64,000 nucleotides of DNA from NCBI GenBank assembly GCA_013414795.1, contig CP058732.1, positions 1,097,744-1,161,743 on the forward strand, written 5' to 3'. The notes below the pieces were generated by a model. That model was not told where the DNA came from, did not search any database, and saw only the letters and a program-made list of their open reading frames with translations. A program made the position numbers and the translations under genes. The first letter of the stretch is position 1, and each line of letters opens with the position of its first letter. Below are positions 56,760 through 64,000 of this stretch, in pieces. Source of the DNA: Candidatus Kapaibacterium sp. (lineage in GTDB: Bacteria; Bacteroidota; Ignavibacteria; Kapaibacteriales; UBA2268).

Positions 56760-57326
56760 TTAAAACCAATAGTATGCAAAGCGAAGGAAGATTCCACGCC
56801 GATAATTGAAACCTATTCCAACAAAATATTGGTCGAGTAAGTAATAATCGATTCCAATTCCAAAGTTTAAACCAGTTTTGTTTTCCGTTTTGCCAAGATA
56901 GTAGAGTTGTCCATAGTCTGTTTGACCATATGGGGTTGTAATTCTTTTAGACTTAGCAAGGATTGAATCCTGTTGCACATAAAACCCGATTGTTGGAGTA
57001 ATAATGAAATCATCGAATAGTTCAAAGAAATAATAAAAATCTGTTGTAACTAATACATAAGTAAACTTATATTCATCATATTCGCCTTTTTTTGGCAAAG
57101 GATATTGAGTGGAAGGATATATATATTTAGGTTTTGAAGAAGCAAAGCCAGTTAAGCCCATCGAGGCGCCAACATTCCAAAAGCGGAAACCAAGAGCAGC
57201 ACTCAATTTTAAATTATTCCAACCGATTTCTCCGAACACACTTTTAAGATTACTTGCCCAGAAAGATTCTTGTGCATAAGAGTTGAGGCTAATAAATAAA
57301 GCAAGTAGAAAAACAACTTTCTTCAT
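56760..57326 (-). CDS. Hypothetical outer-membrane beta-barrel protein
   Basis: Signal peptide (SYA-Q), alternating aromatic beta-strands, C-terminal YYWF. ATG 57326 after GAGG; track start 57350. Confidence 0.65.
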   Translation of the reverse strand: MKKVVFLLALFISLNSYAQESFWASNLKSVFGEIGWNNLKLSAALGFRFWNVGASMGLTGFASSKPKYIYPSTQYPLPKKGEYDEYKFTYVLVTTDFYYFFELFDDFIITPTIGFYVQQDSILAKSKRITTPYGQTDYGQLYYLGKTENKTGLNFGIGIDYYLLDQYFVGIGFNYRRGIFLRFAYYWF

Positions 57327-57353
57327 AAACTCGTTCCTCTTGTTTAACAATGT

Positions 57354-57379
57354 ATGGGGCGAAACAAAGTTCGCCCCAT
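57354..57379. other. Intergenic hairpin (weak terminator or mRNA-stability element)
   Basis: atggggcgaa-acaaag-ttcgccccat perfect 10-bp stem; poor U-tract on the minus strand. Confidence 0.6.
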
Positions 57380-57400
57380 TTGCGTTGAACTTAAAAGGAA

Positions 57401-59104
57401 TTATTTAACAAATTGTTCTGCATAGTGCTTGGGAGTCAGTTTTTCCCCGGTTGCCTTTTCAATCATATCATTCCAGAAATATTTTGCTCCGGGTGAAAAT
57501 ACATTATCGATGAGATATTTCCCTACTTCTTTCTTGTTGTAGAAACTATAATCTTGTCCGGGATTGCCCTTAAGTACATTGGTTACTATGTAATTGTATA
57601 GTTGAGAAGCGAGTAATTCTCCAAGTAGGTAGTTATGGTAGTAGCAAGGACTGGTTGCGATATGAATTTTTGTAGCCCAATCGGGTTCATTTCTTCCTTC
57701 TGGCTTTTTAAGTAATTGATACTTTTCGACGAGGTCCCACCACAGTTTATTTAAATCTTGGTCTGGGTTTTCATACATACTTTTTTCAAATCGGAACATA
57801 ACTTGGGACCAACGGCTGAAGACTAATTGTTGCAGACGCAAAGTTTTTCGTACCTCATCTTTTATTTTGTTCGCTTCGTCTTGTGATATGCAATTCATAT
57901 CGAGCATCCATTGTGGGTTTGTGGCGAATCTACCGAAAAGCATTGCAATTGCTTCTGTTGTGAAAATGTGGGCGGGAGTTTTCAAATCCCAGGGTAACTT
58001 CTCGTCGAGGTATTTTTCGTAAAGTGCGTGACCATTTTCGTGAAGAGTAGTTTCCATCCAGCGTGCATTCGGCTTGATATTGCACAAGATTCTAATGTCT
58101 TTAGCATCACGGTCTATGTTGATACAGAAAGCGTGTTGGTTTTTATTTTCTCTTTCATAAAGGTCGCTTCTTGCAATTATGTCATCTATTGGCAATCCAA
58201 TAGAAGCATAATAATCCTTTGCCAGTTTTACAATGTCTTTATCTTGGTAATATTTATCTACATCGACATCATAAATTTTTGGTGCTTCTTGGAAGAAGCG
58301 ATTTTGATAGTGCCACGGCATTAACTCTTCTGGTTTGATTTTGTATCGCTTTGCAAGCACTTCGTCCATAAGTTGTTTTTCCTTTTTAAAAGCATCACGG
58401 GTAAGATTATCCAATTCATCGAATAGTTTCTCTATTTCTGCGGGGTCTTGTTCGCTCAATCGTAGGCTCATATCGTGATAGTTCTTGAAACCAAGTTGGC
58501 GGGCTACTTCGTTGCGAAGTTTGACGAGTTTCAAAATATCCTCGGCAACCAGACGCCCGATTTGCTTTTGCGATTCCCAAACTTCTTTCAGTTCCTTGCT
58601 ATTCGTCGAAGTTTTTAAAATTTCTTCTACATCATTATCCGAAAGCTTCTTGTTTTTATAAATTGTTCTGTATGATGAATATTTGTTTTCGATTTCACTT
58701 TGAAGTTTTGTGATTTGATTGAGTTTTGCGGTATCGACTTGTTTGCCAAGAAATGTTAGATATAAGACTTCGATTCTTCGCTTCTTAATTGGGTCGTCGA
58801 TTAAGTTCGATTCCTTGATTTTCTTAATTCGTTCGAAAAGATTTTTATTCGAAAGGATTTCGTTGACTTTCATTTCCAGTTTTGCGTATTTTTCCCAATT
58901 CTCTGGGGTGCTGTTTGTCGCTGCAACGAAGTATTGAAGAGACATTTCACGATAGGCTGGAATCATCAGCGATTCGTATTCTGAAATCACTTGTTCATAC
59001 TCTTTTTCCATTTTTGCTTTCTCCTCTTTGTTTACCTTCTCTTTACTGCATCCAATAGAAAATAAGACGACAATTAGTGCTAACAAGAAACTGGCTTTTT
59101 TCAT
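57401..59104 (-). CDS. Lipoprotein gluzincin, M2 (ACE-like peptidyl-dipeptidase) / M3-type
   Basis: Lipobox SIGC; LRNEVARQLGF.NY, HAFC, HENGH, TEAIA, KIHI...YYHNY. ATG 59104 preferred. Confidence 0.85.
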   Translation of the reverse strand: MKKASFLLALIVVLFSIGCSKEKVNKEEKAKMEKEYEQVISEYESLMIPAYREMSLQYFVAATNSTPENWEKYAKLEMKVNEILSNKNLFERIKKIKESNLIDDPIKKRRIEVLYLTFLGKQVDTAKLNQITKLQSEIENKYSSYRTIYKNKKLSDNDVEEILKTSTNSKELKEVWESQKQIGRLVAEDILKLVKLRNEVARQLGFKNYHDMSLRLSEQDPAEIEKLFDELDNLTRDAFKKEKQLMDEVLAKRYKIKPEELMPWHYQNRFFQEAPKIYDVDVDKYYQDKDIVKLAKDYYASIGLPIDDIIARSDLYERENKNQHAFCINIDRDAKDIRILCNIKPNARWMETTLHENGHALYEKYLDEKLPWDLKTPAHIFTTEAIAMLFGRFATNPQWMLDMNCISQDEANKIKDEVRKTLRLQQLVFSRWSQVMFRFEKSMYENPDQDLNKLWWDLVEKYQLLKKPEGRNEPDWATKIHIATSPCYYHNYLLGELLASQLYNYIVTNVLKGNPGQDYSFYNKKEVGKYLIDNVFSPGAKYFWNDMIEKATGEKLTPKHYAEQFVK

Positions 59105-59255
59105 AATTTTTCCAATTTTGTTGAACAAAAAAAAGAAAAATTAAAAAAAATTTGAAGAAATCGATAAAAGTATTTGGAAATTAAAATTGTTTAACTTAAA
59201 TTCGTATTGCAGCATAATGGGGATTTTCAACTAATCGGTAGGCAAGCTTAACTCT

Positions 59256-59984
59256 ATGAGTTGGGGGGGATTACATAAAGACTCTAATAAAAACTTTGGA
59301 AATAAACTTTCTATTTTTTCTCTTGTTTTGTTTTTATTTTTCATTTCCTCAATTATTCTTTTTGCCTTTTATTGGAACAACCAGAAAAAAATAAAACATT
59401 ATCACATTAGCAAAATGCGCTTTTATGACAAAAAGATTATAGATTCTATAATTGCAAGCAAGATTAATCAAAAAGATGTAATTGATGAATTAATTTCCCA
59501 AATTGAAAGAATTGAGTTTATATCTTATTGTAAGGTTTACAAAAAGGATTCTGAAACACTCGCTGTTGAAATTTACGAAAGGGAGCCACTCGCTTTATTT
59601 AAAGATACTGCTAATAATTTCTGGATTGTAACAACCGATTACAAAGTTATTTCATCAAACTTTTTGCTGTCCAAATCTTTTCCAATTATCAATGATAAAA
59701 TTGAACCCCAATTTGCTGTCCAAAAGAGTTATGAATTGCTATCATTTCTGAAAAAGATAAAACAAGATTATCCCGAAATTTATAATTGCACTGCTGAAAT
59801 AAAGAAAGAAGGCTCGAATTTTCATATCGTTATGAAAGGCACAAGGACAAACATTCTTCTTGAATCTTCTTCTTGTAGCGAAAAATTGCCATTGCTGACC
59901 GAATTGATTAGGAGGAGAGATTTTGGAAAATATTTCAAAAAAGAACTGGACTTGCGAATGGAAAATTTAATAGTTGTTAGATAG
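59256..59984 (+). CDS. ftsQ: Cell division protein FtsQ/DivIB-like (divergent)
   Basis: Single TM, POTRA-like VEIYEREPLA, terminal LDLRMENLIVVR; directly upstream of ftsA. Confidence 0.8.
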   Translation: MSWGGLHKDSNKNFGNKLSIFSLVLFLFFISSIILFAFYWNNQKKIKHYHISKMRFYDKKIIDSIIASKINQKDVIDELISQIERIEFISYCKVYKKDSETLAVEIYEREPLALFKDTANNFWIVTTDYKVISSNFLLSKSFPIINDKIEPQFAVQKSYELLSFLKKIKQDYPEIYNCTAEIKKEGSNFHIVMKGTRTNILLESSSCSEKLPLLTELIRRRDFGKYFKKELDLRMENLIVVR

Positions 59985-59986
59985 AT

Positions 59987-61282
59987 ATGGAAAATCGTCA
60001 AAAAGGAAAAGAAAGCAAGCAGTCTGAAAAAATCAGTGTCGGTTTAGATATTGGCACTTGGAAGGTGTGTGCTGTTGTGCTTTCTCAAACGGACGGTAGT
60101 GAAATGCCAACAATTCTTGGCGTTGGAATTACAGAACGGAAGCGAAGTAAAGCCCGACACGGTCGTATAGATAATGTTGAAAATACAAAGTTGGATATTC
60201 GAGACGCAATCGATGCAGCAGTTCTTCAATCCAATGTTCAAATTTCTTCTGTAAATGTTGGATTAATGAACAAGTTGGTGAAGTTTCACGAAAGCCGAGG
60301 CTTGGTTTCGATAAGTTCAACGAATAAAATCATTTCTGAAAAGGATGTTCAAAGAGTGTTGGACGAAGCCCGATTAATCGATTTACCCACTGAATACCAG
60401 ATTATTCATATTTTACCACAAGAATTTATCATAAACAATAATATTCGAGAAATAGTCAATCCAGTTGGTATGAGTGGTAGCAAACTCGAAGTCGAGGCTA
60501 AAATTGTTTCTGCTTTGAGTATAGATATAAAAAACATTGGACTTTGCCTTGAACCCAACAATTTAGAGATTGAAAATATTGTATTACAACCATTGGGTAC
60601 TGGCTTGGCTGTTTTGGACGAAGACGAAATGGAATTGGGCGTTGCCGTTGTCGATGTTGGGGAATTATTCACAGAAATTGGTGTTTTTGTTGATGGTTTG
60701 TTGAAATTTGCTTCGACCATACCAGTAGGGGGTCGATACATTACCGAGGACATAAGGGTTTTGCTAAATACAGTTTTTTCACAAGCAGAAGAAATTAAGA
60801 AACAATATGGGCATTGTTATCTGCCAAGTCTTCACGAAGACAAACAGATTATGATAGCGGGGTCGAAGAGTCGGCGACCATTGACATTTATGAAAAGTCA
60901 ATTATGTAGAATTATCCAAGCACGAATGTCGGAGATTTTCAGATTAGCATCAGAAGAATTAAAGAAGTCTGGATTCGTTTCCAAACTTGGTGCTGGTATT
61001 GTTCTAACTGGTGGAACAATGATGATTGAAGGGGTCGAAGACCTCGGCGTTGAAGTTTTTGGGATGCCAGTGCGAATTGGATTACCATCGGATTTGAATT
61101 ATAGTGGTCTGACACAAGAAGTAAATAAACCATATTTCTCGACTGCGGTTGGGCTTGCTCTTTATGGTTTGAAGCATTCCAAGAATATTTCTTTTGAAAA
61201 AAATGGTGTGAACACAGATAGTAAAAATGAAAGCAAAAATAGTTTTTTCAATAAAATTGTAGAATTTTTTAAAAAAATTTAG
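59987..61282 (+). CDS. ftsA: Cell division protein FtsA
   Basis: GLDIGT.KV, HILPQEF, PVGMSG.KLE, IIQARM.EI, VLTGG, VRIG.P, C-terminal amphipathic helix. Confidence 0.95.
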   Translation: MENRQKGKESKQSEKISVGLDIGTWKVCAVVLSQTDGSEMPTILGVGITERKRSKARHGRIDNVENTKLDIRDAIDAAVLQSNVQISSVNVGLMNKLVKFHESRGLVSISSTNKIISEKDVQRVLDEARLIDLPTEYQIIHILPQEFIINNNIREIVNPVGMSGSKLEVEAKIVSALSIDIKNIGLCLEPNNLEIENIVLQPLGTGLAVLDEDEMELGVAVVDVGELFTEIGVFVDGLLKFASTIPVGGRYITEDIRVLLNTVFSQAEEIKKQYGHCYLPSLHEDKQIMIAGSKSRRPLTFMKSQLCRIIQARMSEIFRLASEELKKSGFVSKLGAGIVLTGGTMMIEGVEDLGVEVFGMPVRIGLPSDLNYSGLTQEVNKPYFSTAVGLALYGLKHSKNISFEKNGVNTDSKNESKNSFFNKIVEFFKKI

Positions 61283-61290
61283 GGGGGGAT

Positions 61291-62610
61291 ATGATTGAAC
61301 TTGACAACTCTTTCGAAGAAATAACCAAAATTTCTGTTGTTGGGGTTGGCGGTGCTGGATGCAACGCCATTCAGAATCTCATCAATTTTGGCATTGATTC
61401 TGTTGACCTTATTGCAATCAATACCGATGCCAAGCAACTTCGTGTAAATTCTGCGCCCATTAAACTTATTATTGGTAAGACCAAAACTCGGGGGCAAGGT
61501 GCTGGTTCCAATCCCGAAGTTGGTCGCCAGGCAGCAGAAGAGGACTATCAAAACATCGTCGAACTGTTAAAAAACAAGGATATGGTTTTCATCACTGCTG
61601 GTATGGGTGGCGGAACTGGAACAGGAGCATCTCCTTTGGTTGCAAAAGCAGCAAAGGAGAATGGAGCACTTGTAGTTGGCATTGTTGTAACTCCTTTGAA
61701 CAACGAAGGAATTGAAAGGTGGGAGAATGCTTTCAAAGGGATTGAAAATCTGCGTAAACACCTTGATGGATTGATAATTATTTCCAATGAAAAGTTATCC
61801 AGAGTTTCAAAGGAGCAAAACCTGCCAGTTATGAAAGCATTTCAATATGCAGATAGGGTTGTCTACGATGCAACCAAAGGAATAATCGATTTAATAAACA
61901 GTGTTGGAGTAATCAATGTCGATTTTGCAGATGTTAGGACAGTTATACAAGGCAAAGGGGACGCTTTGATAGGAAAGGGAGTTGGGGAAGGTGAACAAAG
62001 GGCTCTTATGGCAGTGGAGTCTGCTTTGAATTCACCGCTACTGGAAGGAATTGATTTACGCAACGCACAAAGTGCTTTGGTTAATATCACTTTTGGCGAG
62101 GATTTCTACCACTACGAAGTCGACTTGATTTTGAACAAAATTAGAGAAGCAACGAATTCAAACTTAAACATAATTCACGGCTTGGTTGAAGATAACTCAA
62201 TGGGAAGTAATGTTGCCGTAACTGTGGTGATTACTGGGTTTACTAATTCATTCTTAAAAGAATACGAGGAAAAGAAGAAAATTTCTGTCAAAAAGGAAAA
62301 AATGCTAATCAAAGAAGATGAGTTTGTAAAAAATGATGCAGAGGTGAAAATCGCATTTGAACATACTTTAAATTACAAAACCCCCAAGGTTCCAGAAATC
62401 GATGAATTATCCGACGATTTGACGACACCTGCATTATTGCGTGAAGAGTACAAAAAAGTCAAAACTATTGAAGTGAATATCCCACCAAATGGACATCAAC
62501 CATACATCGTTAGGCATAATGAAATCGAAACTGAACAGAACGAGAAAGATGGAATTATTTTGAACCAAAACCAATCCAAAACTCCGTTTTTAAGTAGGCT
62601 GATGGACTAA
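61291..62610 (+). CDS. ftsZ: Cell division protein FtsZ
   Basis: [41 protein letters not shown]. Confidence 0.98.
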   Translation: MIELDNSFEEITKISVVGVGGAGCNAIQNLINFGIDSVDLIAINTDAKQLRVNSAPIKLIIGKTKTRGQGAGSNPEVGRQAAEEDYQNIVELLKNKDMVFITAGMGGGTGTGASPLVAKAAKENGALVVGIVVTPLNNEGIERWENAFKGIENLRKHLDGLIIISNEKLSRVSKEQNLPVMKAFQYADRVVYDATKGIIDLINSVGVINVDFADVRTVIQGKGDALIGKGVGEGEQRALMAVESALNSPLLEGIDLRNAQSALVNITFGEDFYHYEVDLILNKIREATNSNLNIIHGLVEDNSMGSNVAVTVVITGFTNSFLKEYEEKKKISVKKEKMLIKEDEFVKNDAEVKIAFEHTLNYKTPKVPEIDELSDDLTTPALLREEYKKVKTIEVNIPPNGHQPYIVRHNEIETEQNEKDGIILNQNQSKTPFLSRLMD

Positions 62611-62633
62611 TTGTTCTTTTTGCCTAAAAATTT

Positions 62634-62641
62634 TAATTTTG
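62634..62641 (+). promoter_or_regulatory. -7 promoter element (TAATTTTG) upstream of the deacetylase
   Basis: Exact TAnnTTTG ending 23 nt before GTG 62665. Confidence 0.5.
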
Positions 62642-62664
62642 TAGGTTTGTAATAATTTATTGAT

Positions 62665-63513
62665 GTGAGCAACGTTTTTTCAATCGACGTAGAGGATTGG
62701 TATCATATTTTTAATATACCATCTGCTCCAAAGAGAGAGGATTGGGACAAAGTTCCATCCATTGTAGAATACAATTTCTTAAAACTTTTAGATATTTTAG
62801 ATTCGCAAAGTTCCAAATCGACTTGCTTTTTTCTTGGGTACGTTGGCAAAAGGTTTCCAAGAATAGTTATCGAAGCCAATCGCCGAGGTCACGAAGTTGC
62901 TTCTCACGGATTTTACCATCAGCCAGTCAACCAAATGTCACCAAAGGAATTCTACGAAGATTTGGTGAACAGCAAAAAACTTCTTGAAGACATATCTGGT
63001 AGTGTTGTACTCGGCTTTCGGGCTCCTTCGTTTACTGTTACCAACGAAAATCCTTGGTTTTTCGAAGTACTTGCAGACGCTGGATATAAATACGACTCCT
63101 CGGTTTTTCCCGCATTTAGATTTTCTCTGGGGGGAATGAAAAAGGGCAATCTGGCTCCCTATGAAATAATTTTGCAAAATGGGATTATAATCGAATTTCC
63201 AATCACTGTTGCAAAATTCCTTGGTTTAAGATTTTGTTTCACTGGGGGAGGTTATTTAAGACTTTTTCCATATCCCTTGATAAAATTTTTTAAGAAAAAA
63301 GTTGAAAATGAGAATAGACCATTAGTATTCTATATTCATCCTCGGGAAATCGACCCAATGCATCCAAGATTGAAAGCCAACTTTATAAAAAAATTTATGT
63401 CATATTACAATATTAAATCAACTGAAGAAAAAATTGTTAATCTAACCCGAGAAACTAAATTTGGTACTTTTAGAGATTTGTTGATCAATTATTTACAAAA
63501 AAATGGAAGATAA
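62665..63513 (+). CDS. Polysaccharide deacetylase (CE4, DUF3473 / PEP-CTERM-locus subfamily)
   Basis: SIDVEDWYH, HEVASHG..H, GFRAPSF, YDSS, GGGYLRLFP, FYIHPREID. Confidence 0.92.
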   Translation: MSNVFSIDVEDWYHIFNIPSAPKREDWDKVPSIVEYNFLKLLDILDSQSSKSTCFFLGYVGKRFPRIVIEANRRGHEVASHGFYHQPVNQMSPKEFYEDLVNSKKLLEDISGSVVLGFRAPSFTVTNENPWFFEVLADAGYKYDSSVFPAFRFSLGGMKKGNLAPYEIILQNGIIIEFPITVAKFLGLRFCFTGGGYLRLFPYPLIKFFKKKVENENRPLVFYIHPREIDPMHPRLKANFIKKFMSYYNIKSTEEKIVNLTRETKFGTFRDLLINYLQKNGR

Positions 63514-64000
63514 GCAAACATCCACATTTTTCGATTCTTATGCTGAAAAGTTTGATTCAATCTATCAGACAAAAAGAAGTTGGGTGAATTCCATCTTGAA
63601 CAGTTTGTTCAGAAAAAGTATGTTCCTTCGCTATAAATTAACTCTTGAGGGATGTAATCCGATTGAAGGAATGACAGTATTCGATATTGGTTGTGGGCCT
63701 GGTCATTATGCTATTGCTCTTGCAAAAATGGGTGCTAAGTTCGTTCTTGGAATTGATTTTGCAAGCAGTATGATTGAAATTGCAAAAGAGAGAGCAAAAT
63801 TTTATAATGTTGAGGAGCAGTGCCAATTTTTAGTAGCCGACTTTTTTGCTTTTGAACCGTCGGAAAAGTTCGATTATTCAATTGCTATGGGTTTTATGGA
63901 TTATATGCAGAACCCCAAAGAGGTGATAGAAAAAGTTGCAAAAGTTACCAAACGAAAGGCTTTTTTTAGTTTCCCTTCGGACAAAGGTTTTCTTGCCTGG
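63503..64000 (+). CDS. Class I SAM-dependent methyltransferase, truncated by the window end
   Basis: Not in the ORF track. Manual translation gives MEDKQTSTFFDSYAEKFDSIY...VFDIGCGPGHY...GIDFASSM...AMGFMDY, open to 64000. Confidence 0.88.
   Translation, partial: MEDKQTSTFFDSYAEKFDSIYQTKRSWVNSILNSLFRKSMFLRYKLTLEGCNPIEGMTVFDIGCGPGHYAIALAKMGAKFVLGIDFASSMIEIAKERAKFYNVEEQCQFLVADFFAFEPSEKFDYSIAMGFMDYMQNPKEVIEKVAKVTKRKAFFSFPSDKGFLAW

Noticed and set aside
59263..61288. G7 tracts in the ftsQ 5' end (59263-59269) and before ftsZ (61282-61288) as phase-variation sites
   Set aside because: Too short, in essential genes, and the second serves as the ftsZ ribosome-binding site
62665..63513. PEP-CTERM/exosortase system
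   Set aside because: Only the deacetylase subfamily matches; no exosortase or PEP-CTERM protein in the window, though the locus continues past the edge
1..64000. CRISPR arrays, IS elements, integrases, prophage genes
   Set aside because: No repeat-spacer pattern and no transposase, recombinase or phage protein motifs seen

Overview
AT-rich (roughly 35% GC by eye), gene-dense core-chromosome segment of an FCB-group bacterium. Two T9SS C-terminal sorting domains, TAnnTTTG -7 promoter elements and a fused E1 alpha/beta 2-oxoacid dehydrogenase suggest an Ignavibacteria/Kapabacteria-like lineage (inference). It holds about 48 CDS, including mrp, fieF, sppA, gmd/fcl, an AddA-like helicase, grpE-dnaJ, an Oar-like TonB receptor, ricT, dnaA, pyrF, ppk2, rsmD, a ubiA/dprE1-like pair, holB-dnaB, ruvA and ftsQAZ, plus three tRNAs (Phe, Ser, Leu). 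I saw no mobile elements, prophage or CRISPR. Best leads: (1) a candidate oriC upstream of dnaA with an 11-bp-phased array of degenerate DnaA boxes; (2) an orphan ActD/ActE-like (alternative complex III) pair between ricT and a large T9SS propeller protein; (3) a tiny T9SS cargo made of Cys-containing DxNxDG repeats; (4) a possible dipeptide-scavenging set (CPQ-like, MFSD1-like, aminopeptidase, ACE-like); (5) strong avoidance of GATC/CATG/AGCT, relaxed locally in the TonB receptor gene; (6) degenerate active-site motifs in FtsA and in a REC-HDOD regulator. All calls come from motif recognition by eye; no database search was run.
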